Below are positions 50,475 to 62,840 of a DNA stretch of 64,000 bases, piece after piece. Each line of letters begins with the position of its first letter. Within the stretch, counting starts at the first letter, position 1. Source of the stretch: Lingula anatina. Taxonomy: Eukaryota > Animalia > Brachiopoda. The stretch lies in assembly GCA_051362555.1 (NCBI GenBank), contig CM120643.1, positions 992,001 through 1,056,000 on the forward strand. Reading direction: 5' to 3'. A program made the translations under genes and the position numbers. The notes beneath the pieces were generated by a model. That model made no database searches, was not told the DNA's origin, and saw only the letters and a program-made list of their open reading frames with translations.

Positions 50475-52224
50475 ATACCCACATATTTTATAAGCTCTTG
50501 ATAAAAAGAAAAACAATACACTAAATTAAGCCAATCAAGCTAATTTTTTTAACTCAACCTGTATCTTAAAATGATTTTAAATCACATCAATGATTTTCGA
50601 AACAATAGACTATCCATTTATCCTTAAAATATGCTATCAGTGTTGCATATACCTGTATGCTGAAATAAGCAAAAACAAATGACAAAAACAAACAAACATA
50701 AAAAAAAAACAAAAAAAAAAAAACGAATTAATAAAAAAACTGCATGACTATTGCAAAAATGGTCTATTCAAGCAGATTTTGAAGTCAACCTGTATTTTAG
50801 TACAATTCATCACTACTGTGAACTTAAAGACTAAAGGTCAATTGATTTTCCTTGAAATGAGTTATCAGTGTTGCATAGTTGCAGAAAAAGAGAAAAAAAA
50901 CACTATTACTTTTAAAAATGCCCTTATCGTGCTGATTAGCAAACTGTAAATATTCATCAGTTCTGTTCAAATCAGTTTTCCACTTATCGTGTAATCGGTA
51001 TTGCATATATATGCTGAAAAAAAACAAAAAAAAAAAAAAAAACACGGAATAACTTTTGACAAAAAAAGGCTGATCATGCTGATTTTTTAAGTTGACCTGC
51101 ATATTATGAATATTCATCAATTCTGTAAGTTTCAAGCATAAAGACAAAATGGTTTTCCAGATAACGTGTTATTGATGAAAGTGCACGGCAACGACAAAGG
51201 CAACGGGGACAGCGACGGCGAAGACAGGGGACATGTGACGGTTATATGTATAGACATCTGTGTCTGTACATATAAATATGTTGTGTTGAAAAAAACTAGA
51301 GGATCAGAGATGCGATACTGCCGGTGGACATTGTACATCCACCATGTCTACTGACCTGCACAACGTTCGCAAGAGGTGTCCAAAGTGCGCTTTCGTTTTG
51401 ACCTCTCTCCTGGAATCAGATATTTTATTTATATCAATCTTATATCTTTACCAGATACATAATGCTTACTGTGCAGCATTGGAAATATGTAAACAAAGTT
51501 TTTATACACTCGCTCTTAAATGAACTTATATTCCTATTCGTTTCACTTAATCGCATATAAATCATTTATTGTCTAATAATTCGCAACGAAAACACCAAAC
51601 ACCGTTTCCAATTCAAATAATTAATTTCGTTAACCCTTGCTATGAGCTGTTGCATGCCTGTCTGCGTCACAGAATGCGTACATACCACGCATTATCTGTA
51701 CTTTACCCACTCTCAAACTATAACCCTCTACCAACTTCTCATATCCAATACATCTGCTATTTTGTTATACACATTCACATTTTAACCACATTTTATCATC
51801 ATCATTCAGTGCCCTGCTGTTCAGCGTTGGCAATCATGTCTCTCCACACATCAATAAACCCTTTTAATGGTTGCCTTCTTATCTGTATAACCGAATACGT
51901 ACATATCACGGATGAACTGTACATCAGAAACTATCACCTTCTCAGGCTTATCACTACTACCACCTCTTCTTTGTTGCCTACACCCCGCTTCCATCTTTTA
52001 CATTGTTGAAATTACACTCGTGAATACTACAAAACGTATACCCTTTTTCAATACATCAACTTATGTCAACTGGCCCCTCTTATGCCTTTTCTTATAAACA
52101 TTACTGCTCTGACCTGCTTATACTTTCTTCGTAAGTCATCTATACTATTTTTAAAAAATATTCTTTTATCACTTATTTGCGATTTACTTCGCCAGTCCGA
52201 CGCAGACGGCTGAAACAGTCAACC

Positions 52225-52560
52225 AACATGTATGTTACTTCCACATCTGTGTATAAAACATAATCCACACAAACAATTAGATAATATATGTATAATATGA
52301 TATCGCCATAATTCTTTAGTTTTCCAAAATACCCGAAAATTGTAACCGTCAAAATGAGAGACCCGGTTATGAGAACAAGTTTCAACAAAGCCACTGAAAT
52401 TAGATTCAGCGATGCACTATTAGTAACATTTCAAGCTTAATCTTCACAAACCACTTATCTGTGCCTATGTTTTGAGCACACTGGCTGGTTGCATGAAGCA
52501 CATGCATGTGGCATTTCCTAATCAGTGTTGCGTGGGCAAAACATTTGAATAAATTTAAAA
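52225..52560 (+). mobile_element. Internal fragment of the same piggyBac-like family as 7799-8803
   Basis: Near-identical to ~8240-8578 (ccacatctgtgtataaaaca...gggcaaaacatttgaataaa). Confidence 0.8.
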
Positions 52561-52780
52561 ACTAGTCTCGAATGGAAACTACTCGTCTCGCTATTCCTTT
52601 TATACTAATGCGCAATACTCAATCTGCGCATCTCGAATTCCCCGCCATATGAACTCATTTCCTAACCTGACTCGCTCTCTAACCCATTTACGTTGACTCG
52701 TTAAACGACAATAAATTCAATTCTTCTACTACTACTACTATATAGATTAATAATGGGCCACAATATTTTTCACTCCTTAC

Positions 52781-53141
52781 CATTTTCTTGTGACTCTTCT
52801 TGAACTGTGTCCTCGTCTTCAGCGACCACATTGTTGTCCATTAGGCACTGTATTTCTTTTTCTGACTTTTCCACAGTATCCACAAGTACTTGAAGACCTA
52901 CATCTGTTAAAAGCCGTTTTAAATAACTATACTCTCCCACTTTGATAATACCTTTATATGTCAGATCGTTCAGCATGGTTATCATATCAGCCGCATCTAA
53001 ATTCTTTTTCAATACAGATAGAAGTAACTGGCGTATTTTTTTAGTTTTATCTTCGTCTATCGCATCATGAAGCTTGTTTACGAGAAGGCCATGCATGTAT
53101 TCTTTTTCGTTCTCCAAGTCAAAACAACGTGCGGCGGCCAT
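52781..53141 (-). CDS. First coding exon: death effector domain-like N-terminus
   Basis: Acceptor aatag| at 53158, ATAATGG start context, G|gtaagg donor (phase 1); LLVNKLHDAI..DKTKKIRQLL...MLNDLTYKGII....YSYLKRLLTDVG...LV fits the DED helical pattern. Confidence 0.78.
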
Positions 53142-53310
53142 TATGCACCCCGATGACCTATTTACAAAAAAGTAAAAAAAAATGTATTTAAAAAAAGCTC
53201 AACATTAAATGAATCAAAAACCAAAAGAAAAGCACACACAAACACACACACACACACATCTGTATTTTGGCAGCAACCGGCTGCCTCATAGAGAGGCATT
53301 ATGTTCGATT

Positions 53311-53764
53311 CAGGGCCGTAGCCTGAGCAAAATGCCAGGGGGCAGTAAGCGGATACGAGGGGGCGATGCCCCCGCGGGGGGAGGGTGTTGTAGGGGGTGT
53401 CCCCCTCCCACGGTGTAGGAAATTTTTAAAAACTGTATGTATAATACTGCATTCTGGTGCATTTTAACCGTTATTTATTGCTCAATCAGAAGTCAGGAAT
53501 TGTGGGTTCATTTTGCCATAAGTATAGCTCACCTAAGGATAGCTCCCTTAGGAAGGGTGAGCTTTTTGGCATGAACTGAGTTGGCTTAAAACAGTACACC
53601 TTTGTAAACAGATTGTTGAATGATTGTCTGGTGGCCATGAGTGCATTTTCTCACAGAATTGATACCAACATTTCATTTTTTTTTCACCTTTGCGATTATT
53701 TTTTTGCACCTCAAATCCCAAGGGGGCCAGCTGCCCCCCTGCCCCCCCGGAGGCTACGGCCCTG
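53311..53764. mobile_element. hAT-like MITE
   Basis: TIR CAGGGCCGTAGCCT ... AGGCTACGGCCCTG; no 8-bp TSD recognisable. Confidence 0.65.
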
Positions 53765-55094
53765 CGGTTGATATGCTAAAAAAGGCCATTAATTAGAATT
53801 AAATAGCCTTAAAGCAAAAAAAAAAAAAAAAAAAATAATAATAATAATAATAATAATAATGATAAAATTAAAAAAATAAATAAATATAAAAATGGTATGA
53901 TAAATACTGAAAAACTGTAAGGAGGTACCCTGGTGTAACAGTAATCCAAGTCCCCCAGGAACCGAGGTTCCTGGTAATGATTGTCCGTAGGACTAACATT
54001 ACTTGGGAATAGCAGTCCTATAGGGACCTAGGTTCCTGGCTCGTCACATCATAATTTTTTGATTGATGAGTCTTATTTAATATTTCATATTTGATTTTTA
54101 TCCCTAAGGCCATAACATTAAATGCAGGCAACAATTTGCTACATTGTTATTATTGTTAAAATTATAAGGATAGTGAGTTTATATAATAAAAGCGGCCTTG
54201 TTTGGCCAAATCACGAACAACCGATAGTCTTTGTTGCCTTCTCTTTTGTTATGAATTGGACTATGCAAGTTTGTGGTACACTAGGATGGAGGAGACATAT
54301 AAAAATTGTTTTTGTTACTTCATTAATATGCATATAAACTGCCTATCGGAAAATAAAAACATTGTAAAATATTAAGATGAAAAGTCGTTTTTAATCTAGT
54401 TTATCCTACATACATAAGTGCAACACAGACATTTATCTAAAAATGTTCTTGTTGACCACTTAGACAAGGTGAAGGTACATGTAATGCCGAAATTGCACAC
54501 TTTACTTGCCAGAATACATGACCTTTAAAGTAACAATTAACAGTTGTCTAAATTAGTGTTTTGATGACAATTTTTCTCAACAGTTGTAGATGGCTAATTC
54601 CATATTTAACTTCGATTCAAATCGTGTAAGAATAAGGAAAGTTTGGTTATGTTTGCTCTTTGGCACTGACATGGCATTTAAACTATAATTGCAATTTTTA
54701 TGTTTGAAACAATCTTCAAACTTATTTATTTTGTATGTTAAGTTTACTCCTACCCCCTTTATATAGCATGCTATGCTGAAATGTTTCTGTAAAGTTTGCA
54801 ACATTTTTGTATACGAAGATGGGGCCCACCAGATTGTCCATATTTCATATTTATGTATGTCCCAGCAAATAATACGCCATAGAAAAATAGTATTGTACTA
54901 GTAATTTTACTGTCTGTAGTACGGCATTATGTAGTAGTACTAGCCTTGTAATAAGTATACGGAATAACTATAATTAAGAACTATGGTGCTCGCCGCCTGC
55001 CAATTTGCTTTGCTTTGCTTTGTGATTAAAAAATTTGCCAAGGAGTAAAAAAAAAAAAAAATCCTTAATATGGGGTAATAGTGACTCTTTTTTT

Positions 55095-56600
55095 ATTAGA
55101 TCTAATTTTAGAAAGGGCCGAGATGTAAGAGGGATATTTCTTGATATTTCGGCCGCTTTTGATAAAGTCCCGCATAGTTTATTACTATACAAACTGTCAG
55201 CCTATGGTATTAAAGGTAACCTACTGTCACTATTATCCTCTAGCGATAGAAAAGCGATAGAAATTTTAGCGATAGAAAAGTCAAAGTCCGTATCAACGGT
55301 ACGCTATCTGAATCTTCCAATGAATCTTATATCAACACTAGTGTTCAGTGTTCAACACTAGGCAGCATTCTCGGTCCTCTACTAGTACTTTTTCTCCTAT
55401 ATATCAATGATCTAGCAGATAAACTTCCTACAGATTGTTTTCTATATGCTGACGACAAGTTTATTTTGAAATATTCTATTCCTTCTGACAGCCAGTTGCA
55501 CGATGCACTTCAATCTGACCTCTCAACGCTCGAGGAATGGCCTTCCAGGTGAAAACTGGAGTTCAAACCTGATAAGAGTTGTGCGGTTATATCCTCTACC
55601 AAGATTACAGCAAATAAATACAGAAATCTAAAATTATGTGATTTAACGATACCCCGGAAATCATTCCACAAACATCTCGGATTCGTACTAGATTCAAAAC
55701 TGTCTTGTGCCGAGCATATAAGTTATTTAGCTACTAAGGCCCAAAAGGCCCTGAAACCTCTTAAGTCGTCCCTGTTTCATAGGTTCCAATACGTCCTGTC
55801 TCTGCTTGATTACTGCGACATCCTCTATCACTCAGCAACTAAAAGGAATCTTTCTAAACTTTCTTCTATTCACTATCAAGCTGGGCTGCTTGTTTTGGGT
55901 GCTTTGCCCGGTTCGAACACAATCAAAGTACTTAGAGAGTTGAACTGGGCTACTCTGGAAAACCGTAGAATAATGCATGCAAAAAAGGTTATGTTCATTG
56001 TCCATCACAACATGGTTCCTACATATGTTATTAAAGATTTCCTGTCTTTTAAAAATCTAATAACCCCGCAAACAAGAAAGTCCTCGTACAGAGATTACAT
56101 TACCCCAGCTAAGTTTACATTTCAGGGTCCTGAATACTTACTCGTGTCTTCATGGAATAGTCTCAGTCTCGAACAAAAGTACACCCCAAATATCGCGTTA
56201 CTTAAGCATTCTCTGAAATCCGAACTCTTTTCTGGTTCGTTATCTACCACCACCCTAAAATTAGAAAGAAAGAATGAAAAATATCTAAACCGCGCGCATG
56301 TAGATCTATTGTTCAAATCCCAATTATATAAACATAACTGGAACTCGGTAAATTATCCTAACTGCTCCTGCGGGAAACCTGAGACTATACGCCATTTTTT
56401 TCTTCCAGTGCCCACTGAGGCAGTTGAAGTATCGTGATTTTCATTTGTCTATTCAGTCCTGGGTGCTAACAATACATATTTTAGAACGCAGCTTGACAAG
56501 AATTCTTTGTTTCTACACGGTCACAAAATTTTATCAACTGGACAGAACGATAAAAATCTTCGATATTGTCTCGACGTTCTTAATTGATGATGCTTAATTG
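55095..56600 (+). mobile_element. Decayed CR1-group LINE (RT to C-terminal Cys/His motif)
   Basis: FLDISAAFDKVPH, GSILGPL, YADD, LDYCD, ELNWATLENRR, CSCGKPETIRHFF. Confidence 0.85.
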
Positions 56601-56759
56601 CTTTCATAAGTTAACCAAGTTCACCCTCCCGACCCTCCTTCTCCTGATCAACTAATATCGCCCCGTGCCTATGTCCCTTCCCTGTTGCTCTCCTTTACAA
56701 CAATAAGTACTATTTAGTGTCATCACAATTATTATCATTACTTCTCCATAATCCTAATT

Positions 56760-57265
56760 AATTCAAAGAAAGGCTGCACGGTTTATCACCGGGGATTACA
56801 AGTCTCAATTTCCAGGTAGTGTCACCTCCATGCTGAGATCACTTGATCTTCCGCTACTGCAGCACCGGAGGAAGGAACTGCGGCTAACTTTTCTTTTCAA
56901 GGTGGTTGAGTGGTTGGTACCAGCGACACCTCCTGACACTTACTTCGTACCAGTCTCCAACAAACGTCGCATAAGGGCTAAATCATTCACTGACTTTGAC
57001 TCTGAAATTATTGTGAATAGTTCTAACAACAGTCGCTGCTTCCGCTTACAACGCTGTAACACACCTGTCAGAAAAAAAAACTCTTTCTTCATCAGAACAG
57101 TTTCCGATTGAAATGGACTCAGTGATCAACAAGTAAACGCTAAAACTGTGGAAGACTTTAGATCAGGCCTACTCTTTGACTAAGTTTCCCATGGGCTCTC
57201 TTCTATCCGTCTATCTCATACCAGTAGTGGTCTTCTTAGACGTATATTGACAGATACAGATACAA
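56760..57265 (+). mobile_element. CR1-like LINE 3' end with (GATACA)n tail
   Basis: IQRKAARFITGDY, SVTSMLRSLDLPLLQHRRKELRL, NSFFIRTVSD*NGL. Confidence 0.8.
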
Positions 57266-57269
57266 AGTA

Positions 57270-57345
57270 TTTAAGTTCTACTGTTGGAGTTAAACAAGGA
57301 TGTTTCGTTAGCCTTAAACTCTTCAACATATGTGTAAGTGTCCTA
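57270..57345 (+). mobile_element. Very short non-LTR RT fragment
   Basis: STVGVKQGCFVSLKLFNI resembles GVKQGCxLSPxLFN. Confidence 0.45.
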
Positions 57346-57789
57346 CCCCCCAAAAATGTATAAATTAAGTAACCCAGTTCTCCTAAAATGCCAGTACCTC
57401 AGTTGCCTCGTGATCATGTTACGTGGAACCTCGCTTCTGGTTGCGATACAACAGAAGTATACTTTACCAAAAATGTTCGGAAACATGAAATTGTTTTTCA
57501 AAAATTAAAATACTAGGCGATGTACTGAGAATAATATTCAGTGTCTATAAAAAGTAACGAAATATGGGTGCATTATCCATCAATACTTGGTTCAAATATT
57601 TACCTTATCTATTGTGGTATTTTATAATTACCCCATAATAATGATGTTTCCTAACTTTTTGAGACGAGTGTATAATGCTGCACGAACACAAGTACGCTAA
57701 GACGTACATGTATGGTAACATACATTGGTACACGCGTTGATGTCTGTTTGCTATTCTTATAGCAACATTTTACCAGCTTCTTAACATAC

Positions 57790-57920
57790 CTTGTACAGTG
57801 CAGCGATGACTTCGTCTAAAATCTCTGTAAGTGCAGGAGCTTATATCTGTCTTCGAAATGTATCCTTCTACGACTCAACCCGGACTACCATAGCAGAGAT
57901 GAAACAAAATGGCGACCACA
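57790..57920 (-). promoter_or_regulatory. Candidate non-coding first exon and promoter of the DED/GTPase gene
   Basis: Strong AAG|gtatgt donor at 57790, locally CpG-richer, YY1-like AAAATGGCG at ~57906; the DED exon has an acceptor 16 nt before its ATG. Confidence 0.3.
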
Positions 57921-60900
57921 AAAAGGGTTCAGTTATGGCACTTGTGAACTGTGTGTTGTGAACAATAGTAGAACTAGGTCATCGATTTGTTAAAAACATC
58001 CATGGTTGATACCTGTGCAAACGGAGTGAAAAGCAAATAACCGATAAATCAGGTCGCGGCTAAACAAATCAATATACAGGTACCTATTGCACACGGTGCT
58101 GACTGTATATGATGGTGCTTCAGGATAATTTTTTTCGTGTGTTATTTACACAACAAAACCACGTAGATTTTATTCGCAAGACAAAATACACTGTAATGTA
58201 TTTGTAAGGCTACGGAAATGAAAGTAAGGGATCTATTACGAATGTTACGTTTAGTTATACATATACTGGTACAATAACATGACTTGTTGACATTAAAGGA
58301 CTCCAGACGCATGTGAAGCTGCGCCACCCCTTCTCCACATATTTTGGTAGATTCAGACTACTTCCCTCACTACATGTATGGTTGACAGAAAGAATGACTG
58401 TGACCTTGGTTCAAGAGAATTAAGTACTGCAATTTACCATAATAGGGCACATAATCAAAATATATTTATTTATTTATTTATTAATTTATTGCTGAGAGAG
58501 GGGGGCAGGGTATCTGCCTTCCTATTATTTAAGCTCCAATGATATAAACAATTCATCAAGTGTTTTAAACTTGAAGGCGCTTAGAAGACTTCTTGGTCAT
58601 TATTATAAAACACGGGTTTTAAAACAGTTGCACTGGTTCCCTGTTAGATCACACATTCAGAATATTTACTTTTATGCATGCAATTGTATGTCAATCATCC
58701 CCTTCTTACGTACTGAAACCAATCAATCAATTTGCTCCTTAACGTAATTTAAGATCATCCGCTGAGTTATTGCTAATACCGTGTAATGGCAGATCTTTGC
58801 CCAAATGAATGGAACATTCTTCTCCCAATGTGCGTAAAAAGTGTATAGTCCGAGAACAACATAAAAAAAAATAAATAAATTAAAAAAAAAAACCTTTACA
58901 ATCAGTTCGTGGATAACCCCATAACCGTGGTGCAGATAAACCGTAACATAGAAAATGTTTTAGTTATTGATAAAAGCGGCAAAAGTGTAAATCCGCTAGA
59001 AAACTGATTTCACGCATTTAAAGTGGGCATACATGTAATAGTGAGTGGACATAAACGTATTTTACTGTCTCACGCATATTGACTTATGTTCCTTGTGTTA
59101 AACACCAATGTCGCGCAAACAAGAACTGGCACGGTTATTTAACTGGCGTCTTCGGATAGACAGACTCTTCATGTACCTGTGAATTTAAACCAAGGGAAAA
59201 ACGCTACAATAATGTTAGACACACGCAAGTTTCTTGTCACAGGAGTTTTGAGATTAATTGCACCGTGTTGGTCAGTAACGGTCTTATTCCACTACCTTTT
59301 TATATGTACCATGTTTAGCGCATTGTGCCGTGATTTATTATACGGATACCATTTTATATATGATAGAATGAAATGTTAATAATATTTTTATATCTTAATG
59401 AAATGAAACTATATTACACGGTTGTTTGAGTACATTATTGATGGATTTCTTGTTTATGAGGGTTTGTGACTACAGTAAGGTCAGTTGGCGCGTTCTTATC
59501 TTAAAAGTGAGCTGAAAATGAGGTTGGTTAATCAGCTATATGAAGCTGTCTATATCTTTATCAAAGGTTGCCATTTAATGTAGGAAAACATTAGATATTT
59601 GTAAACAATTTTTGCAGGTCCTTACTGGTGCATTGACATACCCCAGTATGATTCTGGTACTTTTCAGTCATTGAAAAATTCCTAGAGAATTGGTACCAAA
59701 ACGTGGACCCACATTTATTGATTTATATAATAAAAATAATAAATATAGTAATAAAGCAATATACCAATAACTGCTGAACACAAAGTGGAGAAGTATGAAG
59801 AATATACTAACATGCAGATGTCGATAATTCAACGCTGACTGAAAAAGGAATGGTTAACTTACATACGAGGGCTCTGTTTATAACCAAGTTGACCGGCGAA
59901 TTAATTGAGTTACGGATCAAATATGGCGCCACTCACTTGAAAACTAGGTGTGTTATCGCTGCCTACCACGCAGGCTGTTACAGCAGGGTCAGAGCTATAA
60001 AAATATCTCATTCTCTTTCTAATATATTTGATCTGCATGTCGGACACTCCACAGATCAACTGGGGCTGCGTTCACAACCAGTTGATCTGTGAACTAACTT
60101 GTCTGCGCATTAAATACGACGTGGCCCATCTGAAAGCGTGCAAAGAATTATTCGCTCTGTCCCACTGAGACGGTGCACATGGACGGTGGAAATCCATTCT
60201 GATATACAAGTGTTCTCAATATTTCATTCGCGGACGATTTACCTTGTTTCTGAACGAACTCAAAGAATGTAAGGCTACCAAATAAGATGGGGTGTGTTGG
60301 ATTCGCACAACCTGTAATTGTGAAGATCGCCATTACAGGATTAGCTTCTTCAGATCAAAGACCTACAGGTATGCATGATATGCTGAATATACACTTCAAA
60401 ATATCACAGTCCCTTAATAATAGTTGAAAAAAAAAAAAAAAAAAAAAAAAAAACACAAAACCCAAACACATTATTATAGCAAACACAATGTATGCTGAAT
60501 TAGAAAATATATAAAATACCTGTGTGTTTCCTGCTAGATGAAATCCGTTAGATAAAATGGCGCAGTGTTGATCATTGACTTTCTTATCTTCTCTGTGTTC
60601 AAAGCGGTGCAACAAGCAAGTTGTCACGTGATTTATGATACGTAAATGTGTTTATTTTATACGATAACAAGTTTTATAGATTTTTAAAATGTTTTTTAAA
60701 GAAAGTAGGGTACAATGTGTTCAAATGTTACTTCTCTTATTTTGTCTTAAATTTTGGAAATGGTCAGTGTGTTGTTGATGTCACTCTGGCATGTGTATGT
60801 GAGATTATTTGACCTCAGTAAAGTCGGTTGGTGCGCTCTTATCTTTAATACCAAGTGAGATTAAAATGAGGTCGCTTTTTCTTTTCTTTTCTTTTTTTTT

Positions 60901-62584
60901 TCTTTTTTTTTTTTTTGGGTGGGGGGGGGGGCTGTTTAAAACTGACAGAGAGTTGATAGCAACTTTGTGTAGACAGAATATTTGTCCTTTCTATATATTC
61001 AAATATGTAATACCTTGTATGCTGCGTTGGAGTCATTTCACTAGTCCTAGTTAAATATGTACCATTTAGCTGCTAACAAAATAATTAACAGAAATACCGA
61101 AGATGAAAATGTATGTAGAAAACACGCATTGTACTGTTATTTTCACTTAATTAGCTGTGGAAATTACTGTTATATGCTGTTATATGCTCTGATGACCCTT
61201 GGCAGTCTATATACTACATGTATATTTGTTGTGTTTATGACAGATTTTAAAAAGATTAAATAAACATTTCTTAATGAAATGCTATTATGAACGGAAATTA
61301 AATTAAACTGGGATAGAGTATTGGTATGTTAAAATTCATGTAATTTTAAAACCTGGCCCTGGGCGTCGCGTACTGCAACTTTTGGAATTCCATAGGTTAG
61401 AACCAATTTTGCTTATTAAAGTCCGAGTCCCAAACAATATCCCTGTAGAACATTGGTCAAAAAGATTGCCCCACCCCAAGCTTCATGTGTTTTTTATTTA
61501 TAAATGATCACATTAGAAATCTTATTTACAATTAATGAAACTTATTGTAGAAAAAAAAAAAAAAAAAAAAAACATCAGAAATGTCCTACTAATATAGTGT
61601 ATCTATAACAAAACCATTTTCATTTTGAAAAACAAATTAATTAAAAATAATGAAATACCAACGCTGAACCATAGCCGGGCTATATGTATGAAATACTGAC
61701 ATTAAGAAATGAACAAGATTATTGGTTTTGATCCTCTTGATAATGACGTCACACAAGATTAACCTAGTTATTGCCAGGTAACAAGAACGTCGCGTGTTCT
61801 ATTTCTCTCTATTGAGATATCGATTAATGCAAAATGACGAACGATTATTGAACACGGTTTTAATCACAGTTCATTTAACTATCTCTTTTGTTGTTTGATT
61901 GTTGTAACTGTAAATACACGTACTTTTTAAACACTTTTTACCAGCTTACAATTTCTCAATTAACATCAAATTGTTCCTCGATTGAACTGAATCTCGCCAG
62001 ATTCACCTATTCCCCAAATAGAAAATCTAACCTCCATTTCTTCTATGATAACATGTTAACTCAGTCTGCATACATAGCGCACGCTGACGTATATGACCTT
62101 AGTCATTTGTCAGTGACCTCTGTCAATTTAGTTGATCCGCTTTTATATTTAATGTTATGTGAGCTTACAATGAGGTCGGTACATCAGCTATTTATACACT
62201 TAGGTAGCTATCAGCTGTATGTGATCTGCAAATATTTGGAGTTTATTTATAAACACCCGAGAGTTGCGATAAGACTTTAAAACTTACTCCAATATGTATC
62301 GGTTTATCACACGATGTTGTGTTGGTTGTTAACCAGTGCTGTAAGAATTTTAAAAGGTGAAACATTTCAGAGACTGAATGACTTTAATTTAATCTTAGTT
62401 CGAGAAATAATCAGGTGTGACTTTTATGTGTGGCTTTTGTGCTAGCACGTTATTTTTTTTAAATCTCAGAACATAAAACCGCAGGAGAAATAATAATATC
62501 TAATTAACAAAAATGACAAACTTGTCGACAATAATATGAAGTTAACTTCGCTCTCATTTGTAATATATATGTACTAGTAAACAA

Positions 62585-62712
62585 TTTATATATAATGTCA
62601 TGTAATATCATATCATAGTATACTTTATATATGATGTCATGTAAAATCATATCATAGTATACTTTATATATGATGTCATGTAAAATCAAATCACAGTATA
62701 CTTTATCATAAT
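62585..62712. repeat. 39-bp tandem repeat, about 3 copies
   Basis: tttatatatgatgtcatgtaaaatcatatcatagtatac repeated. Confidence 0.85.
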
Positions 62713-62772
62713 AAGAACTACAGCAGCTGATACCCGTCATATTAATCACTGAAACATAACAATGATAAAAAA

Positions 62773-62840
62773 TGGAATGGAAATCGAACTCATTCCGCCG
62801 TGATTGGCAACCACGGACGTTACCACTGGCCCATCAAATC
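62773..62840 (-). pseudogene. tRNA-Gly(GCC)-like relic or SINE head
   Basis: A-box TGGGCCAGTGG, anticodon arm CCGTGG-TTGCCAA-TCACGG, B-box GAGTTCGATT; acceptor stem does not pair. Confidence 0.5.

Larger units (their letters stand above)
47962..50527 (+). mobile_element. Penelope-like element (RT and GIY-YIG relics) with inverted terminal pseudo-LTR
   Basis: FYQQTYGAAMGFPLSP, YVDD, VYRKATNTDHYL, VTYSFRCETCQGEYIGETGRPLATRMKEH; 47962-48082 is the reverse complement of 50408-50527. Confidence 0.9.

Noticed and set aside
60243-60311. 69-nt minus-strand segment with good acceptor and donor, a possible upstream exon
   Set aside because: No homology and no demonstrable link to the gene
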